Shown: one piece after another, positions 50,451 through 59,215 of the stretch
How the letters are laid out: the number at the start of each line of letters is the position of its first letter
How positions within the stretch are numbered: the stretch's first letter is position 1
Source: a virus
Lineage: Duplodnaviria > Caudoviricetes
IMG/VR virus record: IMGVR_UViG_3300031466_000058
Coordinates: 25,903-89,902 of that record
Direction: 5' to 3' (one strand)
Length of the DNA: 64,000 nt
The notes under the pieces: model-generated
Databases searched by the model: none
The model's input: only the letters and a program-made list of their open reading frames with translations
What the model was told of the DNA's origin: nothing
Made by a program: the position numbers and the translations under genes

Positions 50451-52159
50451 TTAACTAAAAATTTTATATTTAGGCTTCTTAACAGCTATAAAACCTCTTG
50501 CATCAAAAGTCTCTTTCTTTCTTCTTTGATTTTTTCTTTCTAATAGGTATATGTAATACAATCCATATGAAACAGCAGAGTATCTATCTTTTTCCATCTG
50601 CTTAGAAACACGTTTAACTTTCGTTTTGTTTCCTTGCGCTTCATATGTCAAGTTCATTACTTCATCAACGAATAAACTTGTTTCAACATGAGGTAATAGA
50701 ATTTCTCCTAATTTTTCATAATCTTTTGTCTTTATCTTTTCTTTGATAATATTTTTAGAAACTAACATCTTCAAATCATGGTTAGCAATAACCGTCATAA
50801 AGTTGTTATGAATATCAGAAGCGTTAGTCTGTTTAGTATTAGACATAACATTAAAGATTAAAGGTAGAGAGTTTGGTAATCTATATTTTTCATAAGTTCC
50901 ATCATCGTTAACTACTGAATATGATGGGTACTTATCTTCCTTAACTAAGTAGTCGAGCAACCCACGACCTAAACCGTTACCGTCAATTACAACCATTGAA
51001 GCTTGGAATTTATCAACAAGCTCTTTGATGTAAATACTTTGCTCTTCGAAATGCATATTACCTTTGTATGTATGAATATTAATCAAATGCTTAATGTAAG
51101 TTCCATTACCTCTAGGTATAATTTTAAATATAGCGATAGCTGTTGTAGCTGTTCTTTTTCTTTCAGAACGAGCAACGTCAACAGATATGATATATTTATG
51201 GTCGCCTTTTACAGCTTCCGTTTCAGCTTTAGTTAATACTCTACACTTCTCTAAATCTTTTAACTGTACTAAACTGTTTTCGCTAGAACCAGTCCATATT
51301 GACATATATTCTCTAGCAAATTGCAATGGACTCATACTAGGGTCGTTTTTAACTTCTTCAATGTAGTCTGGGTCTAATTGGTCAAACATTACTGGCAACG
51401 TCCAATCATTACCAATAACGAAAGCAGATTTACCATCTGCCATTTCAACCATAACGCTGTATAATTGTTCCCAAGCATATGACTGTCTTGAAGATGCCGT
51501 AGTCACATATGTCAATTGTTTATGTATCTCATATGGAGAAACTTTCCCATCTGCACCTTTACGGTTGTTGGCAAGTAATGGAAGTAGAACTTCCCCAATT
51601 ACTCCCCTATGCTTTTCCATTTGAACAATTTCCTCAAAGGAAAGTCCATGCCTACGCAGACCACGAGAACCCTGACTAGCAACAACAATATCTAGTACAC
51701 TATTGTTCCAGAATGTCAATCTTGTGAAGTCTTTAGCAAATGTGTATTTCTTAACTTCATTCTTCAACATAGGAATAAAATTCCAAATCGCTTCAATATT
51801 TTGTTGAGCGATAGCTGAAGCTTGGTCTTTCTGTGGAGCAACCAATGATAGTTTAATTGATGGGAAGAATATACATTTCAGATACATTGAAAGTATATTT
51901 AAGAACGATTTAGATGTACCACGAGTAGCTGTTATATATACCTTTTTGTATCTGGCAAGTATTCTCAAATAGATACGTTGGAAAGGATATAATTCGAACT
52001 TACTATCCTCTGGTAGTATGTAATCGATGAACTTGCCTAGTCAGGGTAGACTTGGAAATATGCTAACATTTCTGCGAAGTCTGGCAACATATCCTCGATA
52101 TTACGAATATTAGTTCCTTGAACTTTTTCTAATTCAGACCATGATTTCCATTTTGTCAT
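50451..52159 (-). CDS. terL: Terminase large subunit, interrupted by TAGGC at 52035-52039
   Basis: ATRGTSKS Walker A, SRGLRRHG, FEEI, REY.SIW.G, SVDVAR, IDGNGLG, KDRYSA; N-terminal 40 codons (52159-52040) lie in a different frame ending YPD-TAG. Confidence 0.88.
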
Positions 52160-52230
52160 ACCCTAGACCACCCCCATATCCTCTATCAATAAAAAACTTA
52201 CAAGTATTATCTATTTCTTCATTGCTCCAC

Positions 52231-53250
52231 TTAGTCATCATTATCTACCTCATCATTATCAAGAAGGAGGATATCTTCTTCGTCTCCATCATCCTCACTA
52301 AAATCTAAATCTTCATATTCCTCATCATTTATATCCACAGGTGTCAAATCTTCTTGGTAAAATTCTTCCATTTCCTTTCTTATTTCATCTGGAACTTCTG
52401 TAAGAATTTCTTTACCTATTAATCTATGGTAATAATTTGCTAAAGCAATAATGATACCATCAACAATATCTTCATCAAATTTAGGGGCAGGAGGTTTTCT
52501 AAATCCTCTCTTTTCTACTTCTTCCCAAATTTGAGAGAAGCTTCTAATACCTGTAGCATCATCAATACCTTTTCTATCAATAGGTCGGAAACCTGCTGAT
52601 TTCATCATATCTTCATAAGTCTTACTGATTTTACTGTAGTCTGTCCATTCTTTTTCTCTTCTTAATCTATCTCGGTCAACGGATAGATAAGCTAACTGCT
52701 TCAACATATCGATATGTGTAGGAGTGTGAATTTCATGAGTAGATATCATATCTTGATAGAATTTTTCTAGCTGTAAATATTCTTTCTTAGAATATCCTGT
52801 ACCCCACTTATCAACCAATTCTTCCGAATATTTAATGATTTTACCTGTTGCACTTTTGATAGAATCTGGTGCATTAACAGATGATAAATCTATTTTTCCT
52901 ACACCATCAATGCCATCGCTATTAGCAAATGTCTTACCTTTATACTGTTGCAACGAGTTAATTTTTCCAAGATAAGCACCAATAGGATGTTTCTTATCCC
53001 TTCCTTTTAAAGCTTTATCCCACTCGTCTTGATAAAAAGGTTTGTCGATTTGCCTTAAAAAGCTAATGACTTGTTCTATATCATCAACATCAATTTCATC
53101 TCGAATACAATCACGACAAATATTAATTCTTCCATCTGGGAATAATGGACTGTCAACTCTAAAGAAGAACGTTTCTGCTCTTAATCTTCCACATTTACCT
53201 TGACATTTCTTTTTTGGAGTAGAAGTGCTTTTTCTTTTTCTTGTACTCAT
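52231..53250 (-). CDS. Putative terminase small subunit / packaging protein with N-terminal zinc finger
   Basis: CQGKC...CRDC, LRQIDKPF...W, KWG.GY...EY..LE.FY; AAGGAG RBS; directly upstream of terL. Confidence 0.65.
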   Translation of the reverse strand: MSTRKRKSTSTPKKKCQGKCGRLRAETFFFRVDSPLFPDGRINICRDCIRDEIDVDDIEQVISFLRQIDKPFYQDEWDKALKGRDKKHPIGAYLGKINSLQQYKGKTFANSDGIDGVGKIDLSSVNAPDSIKSATGKIIKYSEELVDKWGTGYSKKEYLQLEKFYQDMISTHEIHTPTHIDMLKQLAYLSVDRDRLRREKEWTDYSKISKTYEDMMKSAGFRPIDRKGIDDATGIRSFSQIWEEVEKRGFRKPPAPKFDEDIVDGIIIALANYYHRLIGKEILTEVPDEIRKEMEEFYQEDLTPVDINDEEYEDLDFSEDDGDEEDILLLDNDEVDNDD

Positions 53251-53531
53251 TTGTTCCACTCCTTTCATTATGTTATACATTGAAACAAAAAAGAGAACAT
53301 AATGCCCGAAGTCGAAGGGAGAGGAAACAACTCGGACATTATCAACCTTTCATTAATAAGTGGTTTACAGAGCACTTTTTTCCGCATTTTGTAAAAAATA
53401 TATTTATAAAATCAAGTTTTTATGTAGTAATTGATGAATATTTTTATATGTATCCACTAGATGTTTTTGATTACCTTAGTTAGATATTTTGTATAAACCT
53501 TCATAGATTTCTATATATTTCCACCGTTCTA

Positions 53532-54779
53532 CTATTTTAATGTTGCCCATTTAACTTCTATCTCTCCATCTTCATGTATAATTATATATGTTTGCGAGGG
53601 AGATGATACTTTTCTTAATTTATTAAGAGAATAATTATCTGCACCTTTTAAACTACCGCTAACAATTACAAATTTATTATCTCCTAATTCTTTAACTTCT
53701 CTTGTATGATAATGACCCATTATAGCAATATCATAATTTATCCCTTTTAAATGAGAGTGTTTGGATAATAGATTTTTATCATCTTTATTATCCAAATCTC
53801 CATGTACAGCTAATATATTCCTACCATTGATTTCAAAAGAGTGTTCATAGTCTTTTGCTTGTTCATAAGTAATTCTTTCTGGTTTTGCATTTTCTATGAA
53901 AGATTGAATAGATTTATTTATACCTTTTACAGCATGGTCTCCATCTAAATTTTTACTTTTGTCCTCATTATATCTATCATGATTTCCTGCTATGCCTGCT
54001 ACGGTAACATTTGCGTTACCTCCATCTTTACTTGCCAATCCAATCATAAACTTTATAATTAAGTCTGATGCATGTGCAATCTGTTCAGATAACACAAATT
54101 CACAATTATATGCTAAATTGTGCATATATGGGTGTTCTATTGAATCTCCTAAATTAATTAAATATACTTCTGATATATCATTGGCTCTAATATCTCTGAC
54201 AACTTTGTTTAAATATTCTTGCATTCTATTTTTCGCTATTTCAAAATTGTATTTATTAACATCATTATCAACCAAAGCACCTATATGCAAATCAGAAAGA
54301 CATACAATCATCTTCTTTTTCCCATTATGTATACGCTTGGTTTCAAAATTAAATTTAGACCAATCGTAATTACTAAAAACATTTTCAATTTGTTCTGCAA
54401 ATAAAGCATGATCAATAATATCTCTTTTTACTTTATTTAGCTTTCTAAATTCATTTTGTGCTTCACGCTTTGCATATGCGTATTCACCTACTAGATTTTT
54501 GATAGAATCTAGTTTTTTGTCTGCAATCATATCTGCATATTTTTCTACTTGTGGCAACTCTCCGATAGATTTCTGATAATCTTTAATCATGCAACGATAG
54601 TTTTCGCTATTCTCTGCGTCATTAAACCCTTCTTCTTTCATCATATTAACCAATTGTCGCCACGAGCACCTTCCGCTTGGTGAAGCTTTTTGAAGTTGTT
54701 TTTTTATCTCAACAGCAGTATCTAAATGTTCTTTACTTACGGTGATTTTTTCTCCTTTTCTATTTGTGTAACTTCTCAT
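53532..54779 (-). CDS. Calcineurin-like metallophosphoesterase
   Basis: LSDLHIG, NLGD, AGNHDR, VHGD, MGHYH, SGSLKG. Confidence 0.88.
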   Translation of the reverse strand: MRSYTNRKGEKITVSKEHLDTAVEIKKQLQKASPSGRCSWRQLVNMMKEEGFNDAENSENYRCMIKDYQKSIGELPQVEKYADMIADKKLDSIKNLVGEYAYAKREAQNEFRKLNKVKRDIIDHALFAEQIENVFSNYDWSKFNFETKRIHNGKKKMIVCLSDLHIGALVDNDVNKYNFEIAKNRMQEYLNKVVRDIRANDISEVYLINLGDSIEHPYMHNLAYNCEFVLSEQIAHASDLIIKFMIGLASKDGGNANVTVAGIAGNHDRYNEDKSKNLDGDHAVKGINKSIQSFIENAKPERITYEQAKDYEHSFEINGRNILAVHGDLDNKDDKNLLSKHSHLKGINYDIAIMGHYHTREVKELGDNKFVIVSGSLKGADNYSLNKLRKVSSPSQTYIIIHEDGEIEVKWATLK

Positions 54780-54814
54780 TATTAAGATTCACCTTCTCTC
54801 TATCATAGAAGTCT

Positions 54815-54994
54815 TTATAAATCCATCTTAAAATTTTTAAACCTATACTTCTTTAATGTTTTATGGAATATATTTTTAGTATTTTTATGAGCATCATAAT
54901 GACCTTTAATACGCTCTTTTAATGCTTTTGTAGTTTGCCCTATATATATTTTACCATTAATAGAATTGGTAACTTTATAGATTATTCCATACAA
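54815..54994 (-). pseudogene. Truncated GIY-YIG endonuclease (59 codons, not in ORF track)
   Basis: TTG-YGIIYKVTNSINGKIYIGQTTKALKERIKGH...KKYRFKNFKMDL*, paralogous to N-terminus of 2776..3540. Confidence 0.8.
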
Positions 54995-55009
54995 TAGAAT
55001 TACCTACCC

Positions 55010-55258
55010 TTATTTTTCTGAATCATCTTCATCGATTTCTTTAGCTCTATATACCTCTTCATCTCTTGTAATAGAAATAGAAACTTCTTGACCATGAAAC
55101 TCTTTCATGAAGCTTAGTAAATCTACTTCTTCAATATACTCATCTTGTTTACCTTTGTTTTTAACTTCATAAACTACAACTCTGTTCATATCTAGCTCAC
55201 CTTTAGTTTTAAAAGAAGCTGTTAACTTTGCAAAGAATTGTAAATCTAATTTAAGCAT
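55010..55258 (-). CDS. YonK-like small protein with N-terminal LKLDLQFFA motif
   Basis: GGAGG RBS before MLKLDLQFFAK; F.GQEVSISI..D.E C-terminus resembles SPbeta YonK. Confidence 0.65.
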   Translation of the reverse strand: MLKLDLQFFAKLTASFKTKGELDMNRVVVYEVKNKGKQDEYIEEVDLLSFMKEFHGQEVSISITRDEEVYRAKEIDEDDSEK

Positions 55259-55458
55259 AAATAATAAACCTCCAAATTTTGTTTTTAAATTTTTACATGA
55301 TACCATAATTTATTATTTATTATATTCGTAATTTTATATATACTCATCACCTTTTTTATATTTCATGCTACATTTAAACAATTTGATACCTCCTTGTTAT
55401 AGAGATTTTATATAATTATTTTTTGCTCTTGTTGCGACTTTTTATCTATGTTAATTAC

Positions 55459-55487
55459 AGTATATCATAATTATCAATTTTTGTCAA
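55459..55487 (-). promoter_or_regulatory. Sigma-A promoter
   Basis: TTGACA-N17-TATACT with TG. Confidence 0.7.
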
Positions 55488-55558
55488 ATTTATATAACAC
55501 AAAAAGGAGTCTAGTATTATACTAGACCCTTAACCCCTTTTACCCCTAGAGGTTAGGC

Positions 55559-57043
55559 TTACACCGTAACCTCTGAATATCTTTCAGAATCAATAACTTC
55601 AAGCATAAGTTCATAAGGTGTTTTACTTACGTTGCTTAATACATTTTTAAATATTGAAGGCGAGAATCCACTGACTAACTCAACTCCACTTTCATTCATT
55701 GTAAATTGAGTGTTTGACTGAAATGCATTAACATTCCAAAATGTTAGCAATGGCATTTTATATCCTGCTTCATTAAAGTCTTTCTCTAATTGTTTAAAAA
55801 TATGTGTATCAACACCTCTAGTGCAATGGTTGAATTGCATATCACTTATTATTATAACCTTGCCAATCATTTCATCTTGTGGCAAGTTATTCTTGACTGC
55901 AACATTAAGAATCTTACGAAATACAGCCTCTACATTAGTAGAGTTACCCCAATCTGAATTTGAAAGATTTCTTACTTTTTCAACAATGTTGCTACCAACA
56001 ATTTGTTGCAGTTGTGGTTTGTTACTGAAAGTGAAGAAGTGATTATGAAATACGCCTTTGTTGCGTTCTGCTAAGTAAATACCTAGAGAGATAGCAACTT
56101 CGATAGGAGTACCAGCCATACTTCCACTCGTATCAACAACAGCAATAGAATTTTCTTTACGCTCACCAATGAAGTCTGGTAAATTATTCCACTGTGAGTC
56201 TAGTAATTGAATTTCTTGTGGTGTTAACTCCTTGCTTTTACCCCAACTCCAAATATTACGACCACCATATCCTTCTAACGCCTTTCTAACAATATCGTAT
56301 GGATACAATGTTTTAGTGTTGATTTTCGCCTTACCTTTTATAAGGTTGTCTAAAAATTTTACATAACGCTCTCTATCATTACGATAGAATGCGTTACGAT
56401 AAATTAATCCTGCACGAGATGGTATTTTACTGTAATCAATAGATTCGTAATCTCGCTCGGTTAACTTTGTTTCAACAATGTTAATTTTAGCTCTTAGGGC
56501 AGATAGCATTTTTCTGTATTGTCTAGGCGTTAATCCCAATCCCTCTTGAATTATTTTTGCATACTTCTTAGTTTTATGAGATGAAGCATTTAAACTTGGT
56601 AGCCATTTTCCTAATAGACTAGGATGGTCTACATTCTTATCTAATGACAATTGTTTTCTAACTAAATCAATAACATCATCTTTAAGGTCTGTTTCTAACA
56701 GCACCCATAAATCATCATATCGACCAAATTTTGGTACAAGATGTAAATTCTTACGAAGTGCTTCTTTGTTATGTAATGCTAGATGTTTTAATGCAACTCG
56801 AAAAAATCGTCTTTCACCTTGACCTTCTGTAATGTCTCTTAGGTAGAATAGAGTTTTCATAGCTAGTAATGGATTTTCAGCGAATGCTTTAGAAAACAAC
56901 TTTCTAATTTCTTTATCGCTACGATTACGGAAAGCTCCACCCATAGAGAATAAGTCTAATACAAATGATTTTGTGCTTGCGAAAGCTTTTGCCCCATTTG
57001 CAGTTCTTATCTCATTAGCATCATTTTTCAAGTATTCTAACAT
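55559..57043 (-). CDS. DUF2828 / TROVE(Ro60)-like protein with C-terminal VWA domain
   Basis: T.NGA....ST...LDLF, FYLRDI..GQGERR.F, GRYDDL, KWLPS, YSKIPSRA, LYPYDIV; MIDAS VVDTSGSM, STNVEAVF, IISDMQF, FWNV, VSGFSPS. Confidence 0.85.
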   Translation of the reverse strand: MLEYLKNDANEIRTANGAKAFASTKSFVLDLFSMGGAFRNRSDKEIRKLFSKAFAENPLLAMKTLFYLRDITEGQGERRFFRVALKHLALHNKEALRKNLHLVPKFGRYDDLWVLLETDLKDDVIDLVRKQLSLDKNVDHPSLLGKWLPSLNASSHKTKKYAKIIQEGLGLTPRQYRKMLSALRAKINIVETKLTERDYESIDYSKIPSRAGLIYRNAFYRNDRERYVKFLDNLIKGKAKINTKTLYPYDIVRKALEGYGGRNIWSWGKSKELTPQEIQLLDSQWNNLPDFIGERKENSIAVVDTSGSMAGTPIEVAISLGIYLAERNKGVFHNHFFTFSNKPQLQQIVGSNIVEKVRNLSNSDWGNSTNVEAVFRKILNVAVKNNLPQDEMIGKVIIISDMQFNHCTRGVDTHIFKQLEKDFNEAGYKMPLLTFWNVNAFQSNTQFTMNESGVELVSGFSPSIFKNVLSNVSKTPYELMLEVIDSERYSEVTV

Positions 57044-57200
57044 AATATCAATCTCCTTTTATCCATTTTATTTTTATTAAACAAATTCTCAAATTCTAAA
57101 CATTGATGTATTGCGTTTAAAATGCAAGAATTTGTTTAATAAAACAAGGCACGAATCTACCTGAATGAGCAGTCTATTATGAGTTTTCACGCATTAAAAA

Positions 57201-57286
57201 ACTAGGCACCCAATTAAATATTTTGATTTTCCAAATTATCAAAATATTCTCATACACCTACATTTATGTATTGCTGTATGTGCCTA
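57201..57286 (-). ncRNA. Putative small RNA unit A (terminal stem + ACAGC motif)
   Basis: 5'-TAGGCAC-ATACAGCAA...GTGCCTA-GT-3'; internal AATATTTTGAT/ATCAAAATATT hairpin. Confidence 0.7.
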
Positions 57287-57301
57287 TTTAAGAAAATCTT
57301 T

Positions 57302-57434
57302 ACTAGGCTCTTAAAGTAAAATTATTATCACATCGATAATTAATAATTAATGATGTAATTAGATAATAGAAATTAGATAATATAGTTGTATGTAAGATAA
57401 CCAACGTAATTTTATTTATTGCTGTATGAGCCTA
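57302..57434 (-). ncRNA. Putative small RNA unit B
   Basis: 5'-TAGGCTC-ATACAGCAA...GAGCCTA-GT-3'. Confidence 0.7.
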
Positions 57435-57447
57435 ATGTTATTTTTAT

Positions 57448-57540
57448 ACTAGACACCATATATGCCACTAAATTCAAATCTCTAAATAACCAAATAATAA
57501 AATACCTGTACTATCTTGTATTTTACGCTGTTGGTGTCTA
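57448..57540 (-). ncRNA. Putative small RNA unit C
   Basis: 5'-TAGACACCA-ACAGCG-TAAAATAC..GTATTTTA...TGGTGTCTA-GT-3'. Confidence 0.65.
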
Positions 57541-57617
57541 AGATTGTAAGAGAAGTTGAAAACATGAAAATAAACGGTGTCTGAGTAAAAGATTTAACTT
57601 CTACTCTGACATGCATG

Positions 57618-57700
57618 TAGCGAATTACAATAATCGAATCTACCATCTCTTTGACATATACACACTAGTCAAAGAGCGTTCTACCTTAAACTGTTCCGCA
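57618..57700 (-). ncRNA. Degenerate tRNA-like element
   Basis: GCGGAAC-AGTTTAAGGTAGAAC (D-arm-like), 9-bp CTCTTTGAC/GTCAAAGAG arm with 12-nt loop, GGTAGATTCGATT (T-loop-like), TTCGC pairing to 5' end. Confidence 0.45.
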
Positions 57701-57717
57701 TTTTAGAATATTAATGA

Positions 57718-57775
57718 TATCTGCCACTTAAAAGTTACATGAAAGTGGAAAGTGGAAAGTGGAAAGTGGCAGATA
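57718..57775. repeat. 12-bp inverted repeat enclosing (GAAAGTG)x4
   Basis: TATCTGCCACTT...AAGTGGCAGATA; tandem heptamer 57741-57768. Confidence 0.85.
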
Positions 57776-57916
57776 ACATTTGGAAAGTAAATATGTGTGA
57801 CGCATCATATCGCCCTCTATGCGCTTGAGTGGACATAATATATAGTCCTAAAGCGATATGCACACAATACATAGACTTATTTCTCAATTAAGTAAAGTAT
57901 TACTATGTTCATATAT

Positions 57917-57945
57917 ATTATATAATTATTTATTATTTTTGTCAA
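57917..57945 (-). promoter_or_regulatory. Sigma-A promoter for ncRNA cluster / DUF2828 gene
   Basis: TTGACA-N17-TATAAT. Confidence 0.8.
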
Positions 57946-57975
57946 GAGCATATCTTATATACTATAAAAAAATAT

Positions 57976-58047
57976 TCAAGGCACTAATTCACTATATCAA
58001 TATAAATGTCTTGATTCTAATTTTAAAGATTGCTGTTCGTGCCTTAA
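57976..58047 (-). ncRNA. Putative small RNA unit D (monocistronic)
   Basis: 5'-AAGGCAC-GAACAGCAA...GTGCCTT-GA-3', starts ~10 nt after a -10 box and is followed by a T7 tract. Confidence 0.72.
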
Positions 58048-58057
58048 TTGTAAATGT

Positions 58058-58086
58058 ATTATATCATAAATTTTTGCATTTGTCAA
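58058..58086 (-). promoter_or_regulatory. Sigma-A promoter for unit D
   Basis: TTGACAAATGCAAAAATTTATGATATAAT. Confidence 0.8.
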
Positions 58087-58165
58087 GTCAATATATTACA
58101 TTTATTAAAAATATTTTTAAACAGTTTTTGATGTCTAGAACTGTTTAAAACTCGATTGTATATAC

Positions 58166-58194
58166 ATTATATCATAATAATTAATATCTGTCAA
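58166..58194 (-). promoter_or_regulatory. Sigma-A promoter
   Basis: TTGACA-N17-TATAAT with TG. Confidence 0.7.
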
Positions 58195-58215
58195 CAGAGT
58201 GTCTTATATTAATTA

Positions 58216-58734
58216 TTATGCTCCTGTAGTAGAACTTTCTAATGCTTGTACTCTCGCTACTAAATCATTCCATTGTGATTCTGTAGGGAATCCATTAGCA
58301 CCGTCTTTTCCGTCAGCACCTTTTAATGATTCTAACCATTCTTGCTCTGTTCCTGTAAATCCGTTATCTACAGCAATTTCATATGCAGATTTACCATTAG
58401 CACCATCTTTTCCGTCAACACCGTTCTTACCATCTACACCATCTTTACCTTTCAAGTCAACTAAGAAATGCCATTCTGTTGCTGATTTTTGATATAGTTT
58501 ACCATCTGTAACATCAATATATAAATCACCTTCTCTTGCATTAAGTACATCTGTAGGTTGACCTTCTCCACTTAAAAATCTCATATCACTGCTACCTCCT
58601 AAATTTTCATTTCCACCAACAATAGTTACACGTAAAACTCCATCTTTGTCTATTAATGGTTTCCAACTGCCATCACTATCATCATGATAGAATAGTTCAA
58701 TCTTCGGCATACTAAGCTTAGTATCTCTACTCAT
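58216..58734 (-). CDS. Collagen-like repeat protein
   Basis: GKDGVDGKNGVDGKDGANGKSAYEIA...GFTGTEQEWLESLKG. Confidence 0.8.
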   Translation of the reverse strand: MSRDTKLSMPKIELFYHDDSDGSWKPLIDKDGVLRVTIVGGNENLGGSSDMRFLSGEGQPTDVLNAREGDLYIDVTDGKLYQKSATEWHFLVDLKGKDGVDGKNGVDGKDGANGKSAYEIAVDNGFTGTEQEWLESLKGADGKDGANGFPTESQWNDLVARVQALESSTTGA

Positions 58735-59101
58735 TCATAATCTCTCCTTGATTTAATATTCTTTCAAAAATCTCCATATCATTATTGTTCAAAAAATAAT
58801 ACAAACTGCAATAAACATGAAACACAACATTCATCATAACATCTCTAAATATTGTATTGTCTTTAGCTTCATCTGCAATTGTCCATAATTCATGACCACT
58901 TGCAGATTTATCGATCTCGATATTGAAATCTCCATCATAACTAATCTTTTTTGCATTTCCATTATCATCAGAAATAATGATACTACCTAAATTATCTCCC
59001 ATATAGCAATAAGAGAGAGACTTAGTTTTTCTCTTTATTCTGTCTACAACTTCGCTATATGGGTAAGATGGTGGGTATTGGAGCAAATCTAGTCTACTCA
59101 A
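58727..59101 (-). CDS. Hypothetical protein
   Basis: 124-aa ORF, AAGGGGG RBS, coupled to next gene, promoter at 59187-59215. Confidence 0.6.
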   Translation of the reverse strand: MSRLDLLQYPPSYPYSEVVDRIKRKTKSLSYCYMGDNLGSIIISDDNGNAKKISYDGDFNIEIDKSASGHELWTIADEAKDNTIFRDVMMNVVFHVYCSLYYFLNNNDMEIFERILNQGEIMNE

Positions 59102-59186
59102 AGATTACACCCCCTTTCAATTCACCCACCTAATATATAAACTACATTTTATCTATAATATCAACTACACTATTTAGTGTAACACA

Positions 59187-59215
59187 ATTATATCATTTTT
59201 TATTACATTTGTCAA
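59187..59215 (-). promoter_or_regulatory. Sigma-A-type promoter
   Basis: TTGACAAATGTAATAAAAAATGATATAAT. Confidence 0.75.

Noticed and set aside
7062-52039. Genome-wide TAG recoding suggested by the TAGs in clpP and terL
   Set aside because: TAG is a genuine stop for several genes (27204, 59383, 61099, 61392), and the terL case also needs a frame change
52034-52041. TGCCTAGT at the terL interruption matches the 3' end of RNA unit A, making it complementary to the terL mRNA junction
   Set aside because: Only 8 nt and sequestered in the unit's stem; a match this short is plausible by chance in 64 kb
57618-57700. Canonical tRNA gene
   Set aside because: No 7-nt anticodon loop, weak T and acceptor stems, no CCA; kept only as tRNA-like
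57201-58047. Repeated units as a CRISPR array
   Set aside because: No direct repeats of constant length; conservation is in paired ends with compensatory changes, and no cas genes are in the window
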